Shown in pieces: positions 1-10,512 of a stretch of 64,000 nt of DNA. Source of the stretch: Brotaphodocola sp. GTDB taxonomy: Bacteria; Bacillota; Clostridia; Lachnospirales; Lachnospiraceae. Under the pieces are notes generated by a model. It saw only the letters and a list, made by a program, of their open reading frames with translations. It made no database searches and had not been told where the DNA came from. How positions within the stretch are numbered: position 1 is the stretch's first letter; the number at the start of each line of letters is the position of its first letter. The translations under genes and the position numbers were made by a program. Where the stretch lies: assembly GCF_050873065.1 (NCBI RefSeq), contig NZ_JBNMIC010000005.1, forward strand, positions 18,276 through 82,275, in the 5' to 3' direction.

Positions 1-805
1 TCCGATCATGGGAGGCGGAAACGGTGCAGGCGCAGTTCCGCTGAGCAACATTTATGAGCAGGTGACAGGCGATGCAGCGGCAAACTTTTATGGATTTGCA
101 ATCATTGTGCTGACAATCGGAAACATTTTTGCGATTGTTGGATCTGCGGTTTTAAATACCATCGGTGAGAAGGTTCCGTGGATGACCGGCGACAAAAAAA
201 CGCTGGTGCGCGGTGGAGAAAATATTACCCGTGACGATGCAAAAGTAAAATCCACAGTGGAAGATATGCTCGGAGCGGTTGTTCTGACTTTTGCCTGCTA
301 CTGTGTGGGACGCATCATGAGCAAGAAACTGCTTCCGACAATCGCGGGTGCAGCAATCCATGCATATGCGTACATGATCATCTTTGTTGTCATTCTGGCA
401 GCAACCGGTCTCGTTCCGGCAGGTGTGCGCGCCGGTGCAAAGAGAATCCAGAGTTTCATGAGCGGAGTTCTCGGAATGGTCATCATGGTCGGAATGGGTG
501 CCGATTTTGATATCGCAGAGCTTTTCAATGTTATGACACCGGGAAATGTGGTGATGGCACTGGCAATCGTTGTGGGCGGTGCATTCGGCGCAGGTCTGAT
601 CGGATATGTGGTTGGCTTCTACCCGGTAGATGCTGCATTGACAGCAGGTCTTTGCATGGCAAACCGTGGAGGTTCCGGCGATCTGGCGTGCTTGGGCGCA
701 GCAAAGAGAATGGATCTGATGGCTTACGCACAGCTCTCCTCCCGTCTCGGCGGTGGAATTGTGCTGATCATTGCATCGTTTATGTTCTCATTCTGGCTCA
801 AATGA
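1..805 (+). CDS. 2-hydroxycarboxylate (citrate/malate) transporter family protein, 5'-truncated by window edge
   Basis: Frame is open upstream of the ATG at 8 (PIMGGGNGAGAVPLS). GGGxGAGAxPLS and GLCMANRGGSGD motifs of the 2HCT family; many hydrophobic segments. Confidence 0.85.
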   Translation, partial: PIMGGGNGAGAVPLSNIYEQVTGDAAANFYGFAIIVLTIGNIFAIVGSAVLNTIGEKVPWMTGDKKTLVRGGENITRDDAKVKSTVEDMLGAVVLTFACYCVGRIMSKKLLPTIAGAAIHAYAYMIIFVVILAATGLVPAGVRAGAKRIQSFMSGVLGMVIMVGMGADFDIAELFNVMTPGNVVMALAIVVGGAFGAGLIGYVVGFYPVDAALTAGLCMANRGGSGDLACLGAAKRMDLMAYAQLSSRLGGGIVLIIASFMFSFWLK

Positions 806-906
806 TGTTGACGTAAATGATATTGAGTTGACATATTGTGACATATTGCTGTGTAATTAGATTTATAAAGTGGATTTATAAGAAGTATAAGATGGATAAG
901 AATTAG

Positions 907-947
907 AAAACGGCGGTCTCTGGAGAGTGAGGGGACCGCCGTTTTTT
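907..947. terminator. Bidirectional intrinsic terminator between convergent genes
   Basis: aaaacggcggtc...gaccgccgtttt stem, with T-run on the + side and A-run on the - side. Confidence 0.8.
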
Positions 948-957
948 ATGTGTAATC

Positions 958-2397
958 CTAAGATTCTGTCTTTTCGACAAGCTTGCTGTTTTTCGTGTTT
1001 TCTGCTTCGTCAGCTGCTGGTTCTGCGGTCATTTTCTTGAACGCTCCTGATTTTGCTGCGATCAGGACGACGGAACCGCTGAGTGCGAGCAGTGCCATCG
1101 CATTCGGGATGACCATCAGACCGTTAAAGAAGTCTGCAAGTGTCCACACAAGATTTACTTTCAGAGCAGATCCGATGACGATAAAGACTGCGACGAGTGC
1201 GGAGTAGACCGTCAGTCCTTTTGAACCGAACAGATAGCGCACGTTGATAGCACCGAAGAAGTGCCAGCTGAGAATCGTGGAGAATGCAAAGAACAGCAGG
1301 CAGACTGCGATGAAGATATCGCCGAAACCTCCGAATACGGTGGAGAATGCGTGCTGGGTCAGTGCGATTCCGTCCTTGCCGCTGGAAAGTGCACCGGTGG
1401 TCAGAATGCTGAATACGGTTAAGTTTAAGATGATGAAGGTATCGATGAAGACGCTGACCATCGCAGCGAGACCCTGATGATGAGGGGTGTCAACGACAGC
1501 TCTAGCATGTGCATGCGGGGTGGAACCCATGCCGGCCTCATTGGAGAACAGACCGCGGGCAACGCCGTAGCGGATGGCTTCCTTCACGGTGATACCGGCA
1601 GCACCGCCGAGAACGGCAGACGGCTGAAAAGCTCCTCGAATGATCTGCATGAAGGCTTCCGGAACCTGTGTGATGTTGCACACAATAACTGTGAGACTTC
1701 CGATGATATAGACAAATGCCATGAAAGGCACAAATTTTTCTACGACAGCGGCGAGACGCTTCGTTCCACCGATGAAGATGAAGAGCGCCATGACAGCTAA
1801 AAGAACTCCGATTGTGACTGGCGGAATGGAGATCTGACGGGTCGCAAAGACCTGAGTGAAGGCTGCGCTGACAGAGTTAGCCTGAACCATATTGCCCATG
1901 AAACCGAGTGCAAGGATGATCAGAACAGCAAAGATTCCGCCGAGAACTCTGCCTGCTTTTCCCTTGAAAGCTGCGTGAATGTAGTAGACGGGACCACCGG
2001 TGACTTCGCCGTCATGCACCGTTTTGTGCTCCTGGGCAAGAACCGCCTCCGCATAGATCGTCGCCATGCCAAAGAAAGCGGAAAGCCACATCCAGAAAAT
2101 CGCTCCCGGACCTCCGCCGATCAGAGCGGTGGCTGCTCCTGTCAGGTTGCCGGTTCCGACCTGAGCCGCGATTGCAGTTGCAACCGACTGGAAGGAACTC
2201 ATCTCGCCTTCGCCGTGTTCCCGACCCTTATGTCGGATTCCGCCGAATACCTGATGAAAGCCGTCTTTCAGTTTTCGTACCTGGATAAATCTGAGACGAA
2301 TGGTGTAGTAGATACCTGTGCCACATAACAGCAGAATCAGAACCACATTCCAGAGAATGGAATTGGCGGTATCCACCAGATGTAAGAAAGTGTCCAT
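958..2397 (-). CDS. Alanine/glycine:cation symporter (AGCS/AlsT family)
   Basis: AQVGTGN, GGPGAIFWMW, RGLFSNEAGMGS motifs; glycine riboswitch upstream. Confidence 0.92.
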   Translation of the reverse strand: MDTFLHLVDTANSILWNVVLILLLCGTGIYYTIRLRFIQVRKLKDGFHQVFGGIRHKGREHGEGEMSSFQSVATAIAAQVGTGNLTGAATALIGGGPGAIFWMWLSAFFGMATIYAEAVLAQEHKTVHDGEVTGGPVYYIHAAFKGKAGRVLGGIFAVLIILALGFMGNMVQANSVSAAFTQVFATRQISIPPVTIGVLLAVMALFIFIGGTKRLAAVVEKFVPFMAFVYIIGSLTVIVCNITQVPEAFMQIIRGAFQPSAVLGGAAGITVKEAIRYGVARGLFSNEAGMGSTPHAHARAVVDTPHHQGLAAMVSVFIDTFIILNLTVFSILTTGALSSGKDGIALTQHAFSTVFGGFGDIFIAVCLLFFAFSTILSWHFFGAINVRYLFGSKGLTVYSALVAVFIVIGSALKVNLVWTLADFFNGLMVIPNAMALLALSGSVVLIAAKSGAFKKMTAEPAADEAENTKNSKLVEKTES

Positions 2398-2407
2398 AAT
2401 ATTTTTT

Positions 2408-2530
2408 CCTCCTGTCCTTTTGCCTGAGAGATTGGCAGAATCCTTGTCTGCCGTACACCTTCGGCGCTCTTTTGTAATAAGAGACTCTCCAGAATCTTGC
2501 GTCCTCGGACGCTTGCGTTCCTGTCCTCAT
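2408..2530 (-). ncRNA. Glycine riboswitch (single aptamer with upstream ghost hairpin)
   Basis: Minus strand reads CTGGAGAG...CGCCGAAGG...CTCTCAGGCAAAAGGACAG immediately before the symporter RBS; only one aptamer is visible. Confidence 0.85.
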
Positions 2531-2628
2531 TTTTCAAAAACAGTAACTTAGAAAACAATATAGCACAGGTAATGTCGGATTACAATGGGAAAATACCATG
2601 TTTGTGAGGGGAAACATGGACAGGAGCA

Positions 2629-2680
2629 GGAATTTTCTGAACTGAAAATTCTGTATGGTACCGTGATGACAGCAGATTTC
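2629..2680. repeat. Family A hairpin element, partial copy
   Basis: ggaattttctgaactgaaaattctgtatggtaccgtgatgacagcagattt matches the copies at 13011 and 30424. Confidence 0.75.
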
Positions 2681-2910
2681 CAGTTGTTTAAGCCGACACA
2701 AACATTGATCTGGTACGTTTTTTGATATGCAAAGCGATCAGAATTACGGTGCATCCACTCTGAGAGACGTAAATTAAGTGACAAAAAAGGGAAAGATTGT
2801 AGATTTTCAAATCCTTCAAAAAACAGTATAATAAAATGTAAACATTTTGAAAATTTCATGGACATAGACATGGATATAAAAATGGAGAAGAACGAAGAAG
2901 GAGGAAACTT

Positions 2911-4728
2911 ATGAACGAAGTAAAACAGCCGAAAAAACCACTGCTGTATTATTACGGAATTGTGCTTTTGATTCTGATGCTGTTCAACTTTCTGGCGGCA
3001 CCGTATCTGGCACAGCGTCAGATCAAGGAAGTTGACTACGGAACTTTTATGACGATGACGGAGAACAAGGAGATCGGTCAGGTCGAGATCGAGAGCAATC
3101 AGATTCTGTTCACGAGCAAAGACAATAAGACGATCTACAAGACCGGTGTGATGGACGATCCGGGACGGACCCAGCGTCTCTATGATTCTGGCGCGTCATT
3201 TTCGAGCGAGATCGTCGAGCAGATGTCTCCGATGGCGAGCTTTCTGACAAGCTGGGTTCTGCCGATCCTGATTTTCTGGGGACTCGGCCAGTTCATGTCG
3301 AAAAAGATGATGAAAAAGATGGGCGGAGCGAACTCCATGTCCTTCGGCATGGGCAAATCCAACGCGAAGATCTACATCAAGTCCTCCAATGGAATCAAGT
3401 TTTCTGACGTCGCAGGAGAGGATGAGGCGAAGGAGAACTTAGCAGAGATTGTGGATTATCTGCACAATCCGAAGAAGTATGAGGAGATCGGTGCCTCAAT
3501 GCCGAAAGGCATTCTGCTTGTAGGACCTCCTGGAACGGGTAAGACGCTTCTCGCAAAAGCAGTTGCAGGTGAGGCGAATGTTCCGTTCTTCTCGATCTCC
3601 GGATCGGAGTTTGTCGAGATGTTTGTCGGCATGGGTGCATCGAAGGTGCGCGATCTCTTCAAGCAGGCGAAGGAGAAGGCACCGTGTATCGTCTTCATCG
3701 ATGAGATCGATGCGATCGGAAAGAAGCGTGACGGCGGAAATCTTGGCGGAAACGACGAGAGAGAGCAGACGCTCAACCAGCTGCTCACGGAGATGGATGG
3801 ATTTGAGGGCAACAACGGCGTTATCATTCTGGCGGCGACAAACCGTCCGGAATCCCTTGATCCGGCGCTGACAAGACCGGGCCGTTTTGACCGCCGGGTT
3901 CCGGTAGAACTTCCGGATCTCAAGGGAAGAGAGGCGATTCTTCGCGTTCATGCAAAGAAGATCAAGGTTGCGGACAATGTGGATTATCTCCAGATTGCCC
4001 GCATGGCATCGGGAGCATCGGGAGCGGAACTTGCAAACATCGTCAACGAGGCAGCACTTCGTGCGGTGCGTGACGGCCGTTCCTATGCGACGCAGGAGGA
4101 TCTCGAGGAGAGCATCGAGGTTGTCATTGCGGGATACCAGAAGAAGAATGCAATTCTCACTGACAAGGAGAAGTGGACGGTTTCCTACCATGAGATCGGT
4201 CATGCACTTGTCGCAGCGAAGCAGACGAACTCTGCACCTGTTCAGAAAATCACAATCATTCCCCGCACTTCCGGTGCGCTTGGATACACGATGCAGGTTG
4301 AACAGGGCAATCATTATCTGATGACGAAGACGGAACTTGAGAACCGGATTGCGACGCTGACCGGAGGACGTGCGGCGGAGGAAGTGATCTTTGGAATCTC
4401 CTCGACGGGAGCTTCTAATGATATTGAGCAGGCGACAAAACTCGCGCGTGCGATGATCACCCGCTATGGAATGAGCAAAGAATTCGACATGGTTGCAATG
4501 GAAGCCGTGACAAACCAGTATCTCGGCGGAGATACTTCCCTGAGCTGTTCCGCCCAGACACAGGCAAAGATTGACGAGCAGGTGGTCGCTCTCGTGAAGA
4601 GACAGCATGAGAAAGCGGCGGGCATTCTGATTGAAAACAGAGCGAAACTCGATGAGCTGGCAAAGTACCTGTATGATCGAGAGACCATCAGCGGAGAGGA
4701 ATTCATGGAGATTCTGAACCGCGATTAA
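2911..4728 (+). CDS. ftsH: ATP-dependent zinc metalloprotease FtsH (paralog outside the tilS-hpt context)
   Basis: Two N-terminal TM segments, Walker A GPPGTGKT, Walker [17 protein letters not shown] zinc motif. Confidence 0.95.
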   Translation: MNEVKQPKKPLLYYYGIVLLILMLFNFLAAPYLAQRQIKEVDYGTFMTMTENKEIGQVEIESNQILFTSKDNKTIYKTGVMDDPGRTQRLYDSGASFSSEIVEQMSPMASFLTSWVLPILIFWGLGQFMSKKMMKKMGGANSMSFGMGKSNAKIYIKSSNGIKFSDVAGEDEAKENLAEIVDYLHNPKKYEEIGASMPKGILLVGPPGTGKTLLAKAVAGEANVPFFSISGSEFVEMFVGMGASKVRDLFKQAKEKAPCIVFIDEIDAIGKKRDGGNLGGNDEREQTLNQLLTEMDGFEGNNGVIILAATNRPESLDPALTRPGRFDRRVPVELPDLKGREAILRVHAKKIKVADNVDYLQIARMASGASGAELANIVNEAALRAVRDGRSYATQEDLEESIEVVIAGYQKKNAILTDKEKWTVSYHEIGHALVAAKQTNSAPVQKITIIPRTSGALGYTMQVEQGNHYLMTKTELENRIATLTGGRAAEEVIFGISSTGASNDIEQATKLARAMITRYGMSKEFDMVAMEAVTNQYLGGDTSLSCSAQTQAKIDEQVVALVKRQHEKAAGILIENRAKLDELAKYLYDRETISGEEFMEILNRD

Positions 4729-4747
4729 GACTGGAATCAGGATTTTT

Positions 4748-4797
4748 AGCAGAAGCTGTGCACATAAAGGTTGTGTGATGGCTTCTGCTTTTTCTTT
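4748..4797 (+). terminator. Intrinsic terminator after ftsH
   Basis: agcagaagc...gcttctgct stem followed by T-run. Confidence 0.7.
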
Positions 4798-4934
4798 ATG
4801 CGGATTTTTATGCGGATTTCTCATCGCCGGGTAAAAATCAAAAATTTATGTGCGGAAATCGCAAAGAAATGTTGTGAAAAAGAAAACAAATTGCGTGAAA
4901 AATATAACAAATGATGCATAAAAACAATATAATT

Positions 4935-4979
4935 GTATGCAGAATTGAACTTGCATACTAAAAAAAGAGCCGTTATAAT
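4935..4979 (+). promoter_or_regulatory. SigA promoter with overlapping inverted-repeat operator
   Basis: TTGCAT(4951)-17 bp-TATAAT(4974); GTATGCA-N10-TGCATAC (4935-4958) overlaps the -35. Confidence 0.65.
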
Positions 4980-5053
4980 GAATTATTATTCAATAGAATA
5001 AATTTTTTGAGAGATAAGAATAATAATGAGAGACAGAATAGGAGATCAGTCAA

Positions 5054-6277
5054 ATGTTGCGAGTTCAGTCCGAGGCAGAGCGTTGCCTTCAATGCAAAAA
5101 ACCGAGATGCAGTACGGGATGCCCCATTTCCACAGATATTCCGGGGGCGATTCAGCTGCTGAAAGAGGGAAAGATGAGTGAGGCCGCTCACCAGCTTTTT
5201 GAGAACAATCCTCTTTCTGTGGTGTGTGCGATTGTATGCAACCATGACAGTCAGTGCGAGGGTCACTGTGTGCGCGGAATGAAGGGAGAGCCGATCGGCT
5301 GGGGTCAGATTGAGCGCTATATCTCCGACACCTATCTCGACCGCATGGAGATCAAACCGGCGCCTGAGACGGGAAAGCGCGTTGCAATCATCGGAAGCGG
5401 TCCTGCCGGACTGACGGCGGCGATTGAGCTGAGAAAATCCGGCCATGACATCACAATTTTTGAGGCGGAGAGTAAACTGGGCGGAATGCTTCGCTATGGA
5501 ATTCCGGAATTCCGTCTTCCAAAAAGCATTTTAGACCGCTACACGGCACTCTTAAAGCGCGCCGGCATCCACATCCGTCTCCACACGGCAATCGGAACAT
5601 CGCTGACAATCCCGGATCTCTTCCGTGATGGATATGATGCGGTTTTCATCGGAAGTGGTCTGTGGCGTGCGCGCCCGTTAAATGTGCCGGGAGAGAGCCT
5701 TCCGAACGTCTGCTACGGCATTCACTATCTGGCATCTCCGGATTCTTTTGAGATTGGAAAGCGTCTGGCAGTAATCGGAACCGGAAATACGGCGATGGAT
5801 GTGGCGAGAACAGCGCTCCACCGCGGTGTTGAATATGTGACCCTGTACGCGCGCAGAGATAAGAGTGCCGCAGATCCGAAAGAGATCGAGATGGCAAAGC
5901 TCGAGGGTGCACAGTTCCACTATGGCATGCAGATCGTGAAGATCACGAAGGAGGGGCCGGTCTTCCACAAGAGCAACCTTGATGAGAACGGCCAGATTCT
6001 TTCTCTCGAGGATGAAGATCTCTTAGAGCCGGCAGACTTTACGATCATTGCGGCGAGCCAGGGACCGAAATCCAAGCTGATCCAGACGACAGAGGGACTT
6101 GAGGGAACGGAAAAAGGACTTCTGAAAGTCGATGAGGACGGCAGAACGACTGCCGATGGAGTCTTTGCAGCGGGAGATGTCGTGCACGGCGGAAGAACCG
6201 TTGTGGAGGCAGTTGCGAAGGCGAAGCGAGTTGCCCATGCGATCGATGTTTATCTTGGAAACGCCGAAGAAAAGTAG
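5054..6277 (+). CDS. FAD/NAD(P)-dependent Fe-S oxidoreductase, GltD/SudA/NfnB-like
   Basis: CLQCKKPRCSTGCP and CAIVC...QCEGHC Fe-S motifs; GSGPAG and GTGNTAMD dinucleotide folds; C-terminal GVFAAGD. Confidence 0.85.
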   Translation: MLRVQSEAERCLQCKKPRCSTGCPISTDIPGAIQLLKEGKMSEAAHQLFENNPLSVVCAIVCNHDSQCEGHCVRGMKGEPIGWGQIERYISDTYLDRMEIKPAPETGKRVAIIGSGPAGLTAAIELRKSGHDITIFEAESKLGGMLRYGIPEFRLPKSILDRYTALLKRAGIHIRLHTAIGTSLTIPDLFRDGYDAVFIGSGLWRARPLNVPGESLPNVCYGIHYLASPDSFEIGKRLAVIGTGNTAMDVARTALHRGVEYVTLYARRDKSAADPKEIEMAKLEGAQFHYGMQIVKITKEGPVFHKSNLDENGQILSLEDEDLLEPADFTIIAASQGPKSKLIQTTEGLEGTEKGLLKVDEDGRTTADGVFAAGDVVHGGRTVVEAVAKAKRVAHAIDVYLGNAEEK

Positions 6278-6414
6278 TATACTGAGTGTGTTGCAACGCC
6301 AAAGCTTTGTCAGCCGGTAACGGAACAAGGGCGAAAAACGGCGCAATGGGAAATAACAGCGACGGCGGCGATGGTTTGGGTGACGAGAAACAGGATAGAC
6401 AGGAGGAAAGTCAC

Positions 6415-6774
6415 ATGGTCAGAAAAGAAAATATTGTGGCAGTGGAGCATTTAGGCGGTGGAAAGGGAACCGCGTATGTTCATCACATTGTCTCGAAAGA
6501 GGAATTGCTGGGACACGGAAGAATGTATGCAAAGGTGGTTCTTCCTCCGGGTACGAGCGTGGGCTGGCATCAGCATGTGCATGATACTGAGCCGTACTAC
6601 ATTTTGAAGGGACAGGCGGACTTCATCGATAATGATAAAACCGTGACAAAGGTAGGCCCTGGCGACTGCTGTCTGATTGAGGTGGGACAGTTCCACAGTC
6701 TTGAGAATAATTCCGATGAGGATGTGGAATTTATGGCCCTGATTTACAACGAAAAGGGCTTCCTCTACGAGTAG
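6415..6774 (+). CDS. Cupin domain protein
   Basis: Start moved to the ATG at 6415 after the AGGAGG RBS; cupin motifs GWHQHVHDTEPYY and GQFHSLEN. Confidence 0.85.
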   Translation: MVRKENIVAVEHLGGGKGTAYVHHIVSKEELLGHGRMYAKVVLPPGTSVGWHQHVHDTEPYYILKGQADFIDNDKTVTKVGPGDCCLIEVGQFHSLENNSDEDVEFMALIYNEKGFLYE

Positions 6775-7086
6775 AAGCGAAAAACAGGCAGTTGGAAGCG
6801 TTTTCCAATTTCCAAAATTATATCGAAAAATAAAATAATAGGGCGGAGATTATTCTGATATGAGAGGATCTCTGACCTGCATGGAAAGAGACAGTTTTTT
6901 CTTGAAGCACAAGGGAAAAGATTGTCTCTTTTTTGCCTTGAAATTTCACATTAAATTCGATATGATGGAACTTAAACCGACTTTATTTTTTGAGCGGGGC
7001 TCTTTTTTTATGTTGGGAGAAACGGATTTTTGTAAAGTGGTGATGGGAAACTTTGATGGAAATGGAAACGGAAAGGAAGAATAGAC

Positions 7087-9069
7087 ATGGAGTTTCGTCT
7101 GTACAGTGAGTATCAGCCGACCGGCGATCAGCCCCAGGCGATCGATGCGTTGGTGAAGGGATTTCGGGAAGGCAACCAGTTTGAGACGCTTCTTGGCGTC
7201 ACCGGTTCGGGAAAAACTTTTACGATGGCAAATGTCATCGAGAAATTGCAGAAGCCGACACTGATTATCGCGCACAACAAGACGCTTGCCGCCCAGCTCT
7301 ATTCGGAAATGAAGGAATTTTTCCCGGAGAACGCCGTGGAATATTTTGTTTCGTATTATGATTACTATCAGCCGGAGGCGTATGTCCCGTCGACGGACAC
7401 TTATATCGAGAAGGATTCTGCGATCAACGATGAGATCGATAAACTGCGCCATTCTGCGACTGCGGCGCTCTCGGAGCGGAGCGATGTGATTATTGTGGCA
7501 TCGGTGTCCTGCATCTACGGACTCGGTTCCCCGATCGATTACAAGGAGATGGTGATTTCCCTGCGCCCGGGCATGGAGAGAGACCGCGATGAGATCATTC
7601 ACAAGCTGATTGACATTCAGTACAGCCGGAATGACATGGATTTCCACCGCGGAACCTTTCGGGTCCGGGGAGATGTGCTTGAGGTATTTCCGGCATACTC
7701 CGGCAGTGAGGCGTACCGCATCGAGTTCTTCGGGGACGAGATTGACCGGATCACGGAGATTGATACGCTGACGGGGCAGAGCAGATGTGAGCTCGGCCAT
7801 CTTGCGATCTTCCCGGCATCCCACTACGTTGTGCCGAAGGAGAAGATGCAGCTTGCGACGGAGAATATTTTGGAGGAGCTTAAGGAGCGCGTCGCCTACT
7901 TTAAGAGCGAGGACAAACTGCTTGAGGCACAGAGAATTGCCGAGAGGACGAATTTCGATGTCGAGATGATGCGGGAGACCGGATTCTGTTCGGGAATCGA
8001 GAATTATTCGAGACATTTGACATTCGGAAAACCGGGAGAGCCGCCGTGGACGCTGATGGACTATTTCCCGGATGAGTTTCTGATCATCGTGGATGAGTCC
8101 CACATCACACTTCCGCAGATCAGGGGAATGTATGCGGGAGACCGCTCGAGAAAGCAGACCCTCGTCGACTACGGATTCCGCCTGCCGTCGGCGCTTGACA
8201 ACCGTCCGCTCAACTTCACAGAGTTTGAGAGCAAGATCGACCAGCTGATGTTTGTATCGGCGACGCCGGGACCGTATGAGGCAGAACATGAACTTCTGCG
8301 TACGGAGCAGATCATCCGTCCGACCGGACTGCTCGATCCGGAGATTTCCGTCCGTCCGGTTGAGGGACAGATCGATGATCTCGTCTCAGAAGTCAACAAG
8401 GAAGTCGCAGCTCATCACAAGGTGCTGATCACAACGCTGACAAAGCGGATGGCGGAAGATCTCACTGATTATATGAGAGAAGTCGGGATCCGGGTCAAGT
8501 ATCTGCACTCTGACATTGACACGTTAGAGCGTGCCCAGATCATCCGCGATATGCGTCTTGATGTATTTGATGTCCTTGTCGGCATCAACCTTCTCAGGGA
8601 GGGTCTCGATATTCCGGAGATCACGCTTGTGGCGATTTTAGATGCGGATAAAGAGGGTTTTCTGCGATCTGAGACGTCCCTGATCCAGACGATCGGACGT
8701 GCGGCGCGAAATGCGGAGGGTCATGTTATCATGTATGCGGATACGATCACGGATTCCATGCGCCACGCGATTGAGGAGACAGGACGAAGAAGAGAGATTC
8801 AGCAGAGATACAATGAAGAGCACGGGATCACGCCGACCACGATCAAAAAAGCAGTCCGGGATCTGATTGCGATCTCGAAGGCGGCAGAGTCTCATCCGGA
8901 GAAGGAGGAGAAAGATCTCGAGTCGATGAGCAAGAAGGAACTTCAGAAGTTGGAGAAAGAACTTCAGAAAAAGATGAATCAGGCCGCAGCGGAACTCAAC
9001 TTTGAGGATGCGGTTGTGCTTCGTGACCGGATGCTTGAGGTCAAAAAGATGCTGCTTGATCTGGAATGA
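7087..9069 (+). CDS. uvrB: Excinuclease ABC subunit B
   Basis: [23 protein letters not shown]-terminal UVR domain (ELNFEDA..LRD). Confidence 0.98.
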   Translation: MEFRLYSEYQPTGDQPQAIDALVKGFREGNQFETLLGVTGSGKTFTMANVIEKLQKPTLIIAHNKTLAAQLYSEMKEFFPENAVEYFVSYYDYYQPEAYVPSTDTYIEKDSAINDEIDKLRHSATAALSERSDVIIVASVSCIYGLGSPIDYKEMVISLRPGMERDRDEIIHKLIDIQYSRNDMDFHRGTFRVRGDVLEVFPAYSGSEAYRIEFFGDEIDRITEIDTLTGQSRCELGHLAIFPASHYVVPKEKMQLATENILEELKERVAYFKSEDKLLEAQRIAERTNFDVEMMRETGFCSGIENYSRHLTFGKPGEPPWTLMDYFPDEFLIIVDESHITLPQIRGMYAGDRSRKQTLVDYGFRLPSALDNRPLNFTEFESKIDQLMFVSATPGPYEAEHELLRTEQIIRPTGLLDPEISVRPVEGQIDDLVSEVNKEVAAHHKVLITTLTKRMAEDLTDYMREVGIRVKYLHSDIDTLERAQIIRDMRLDVFDVLVGINLLREGLDIPEITLVAILDADKEGFLRSETSLIQTIGRAARNAEGHVIMYADTITDSMRHAIEETGRRREIQQRYNEEHGITPTTIKKAVRDLIAISKAAESHPEKEEKDLESMSKKELQKLEKELQKKMNQAAAELNFEDAVVLRDRMLEVKKMLLDLE

Positions 9070-9136
9070 GATCACTTACGGTCATTCATTTCATGACATG
9101 AGAATGAGCAGGGTCTGATGAAGACAGAGCGGAGCA

Positions 9137-10111
9137 TTATGAGAGAAAGCCGCTCTCATCGGGATTCTCAGAGAACGCCTCTTCCGGAAGAAGGTCAAGC
9201 ATGCCGTCATCCTTCTGGTAGAAATAGACCTGATCGGAGAGGCGGTCCTCCGGCGGAACTTCGACCTGATTGATCGCGCTGATCATTGCGCGCAGTTCCA
9301 TCAAACTCACCGGGGTGTCTGCGGGCAGAGCGAGAACCTCATGGATGCTTGACGGCAGGATCAGAAGATCCTGATTTAACCGGGAGGCGAGATCGTCGAG
9401 GACATTGGGGTAGAGCATGCACGCAGCCCCGTAGAGTCCGCTGCTGTTGGTGATGACATAGAGCGGGAGCGGGTCCTCATTTTTTGAAGGATCCGCTTCG
9501 GCGTCATTCATTTCAGCGGGATCGATTCCGGTGGATTCGCTCAGAACGCCGAGCAGTTCTGTCATGCTCTGGACAACCGGCGGGTAAGCAGCCGGGGTGT
9601 TGACGCGCGCAAGTTTCCACAGATCAGAGACGCCAACTTTCCACTGGCGCAGATGTTCCTTGCGGATCAGGGCAGTCAGCTGGCCCGCCGCATTCTCATC
9701 GAGATAGAGGAAGAAGACGACAGACAGATCGAGGAAACGGATGGATGGAAGTTCCTTTAAGAGTTCCTGGTTGGACTCTGTGTGAATCATTCGGTACATC
9801 ACGCGGGATTTCAGGGATTCAAAATCACTTATGGATTCTTCGCTGAGACAGCACGGAGGTGTCGAGCACCGGTAGAGACCGAGAATGTCAGAGAGAATCT
9901 CTTCCACACTCATGGAGTGGTTCTGGTAAGCATCAAAATACATGTTCAGGTAAATGGTGGGCACAAAAATCTGGCCGTCGCGGCGGATGCGGAGTCCGTC
10001 TAAAATCACACCGTTGTTCTTGGAAAGCGGACAGACGTCGATCTGGTAGGAATCCCCGAGTGTGCGGTGAAGGTTCTGTGTGATTGTCTCCAAAAATTCC
10101 TTGTAATTCAT
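9137..10111 (-). CDS. DUF5688 family protein
   Basis: RBS AAGGAGG precedes TTG(10120)/ATG(10111); MNYKEFLE...IYLNMYF...LPSSIHEVL pattern typical of the family. The 5' extension in the ORF track is AT-rich intergenic DNA. Confidence 0.7.
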   Translation of the reverse strand: MNYKEFLETITQNLHRTLGDSYQIDVCPLSKNNGVILDGLRIRRDGQIFVPTIYLNMYFDAYQNHSMSVEEILSDILGLYRCSTPPCCLSEESISDFESLKSRVMYRMIHTESNQELLKELPSIRFLDLSVVFFLYLDENAAGQLTALIRKEHLRQWKVGVSDLWKLARVNTPAAYPPVVQSMTELLGVLSESTGIDPAEMNDAEADPSKNEDPLPLYVITNSSGLYGAACMLYPNVLDDLASRLNQDLLILPSSIHEVLALPADTPVSLMELRAMISAINQVEVPPEDRLSDQVYFYQKDDGMLDLLPEEAFSENPDESGFLS

Positions 10112-10512
10112 GTAATTCAATAGAAGACCTCCTTTGAAAAATGCATAGTTTATGTTTGGCTGTTTGCATGCAGGGAACATGGTTCTCAGAAAAGAAAAAT
10201 AAGAGAAAAAATGAGAAAAATTGAAAAGATAAGAATCCCTGAAATCTGATTGGGTGATTTTTATTATACTTGATTTTGGAAAAAGGCGCAAGGGAAAATT
10301 AGGGAAGTCAGACAAACGGAAAAGTACAGATGTAAAGTCTGCGAGGAGAATTTCTGAGTGGAAAAATCCATGTGATTTCGCAAAGATTCTTAATAAAAAG
10401 TTTTGTTGTAGTTTGAGGGAAAAACAAATAAAATAGGAAGAGAAAGAAGAAAAACACGATAAGGGCTGGTTTGCGGCAGCCGAAAACCGCGATAGAACAG
10501 GAAAACAGAGAG

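Noticed and set aside
2833-2848. AAAATGT-AA-ACATTTT palindrome at the ftsH promoter (cre-like?)
   Set aside because: AT-rich, two mismatches to the cre consensus at key positions; insufficient support.
6775-7086. LexA/SOS box upstream of uvrB
   Set aside because: No GAAC-N4-GTTC match seen; only a hairpin (aaagagaca/tgtctcttt) that may terminate the cupin transcript.
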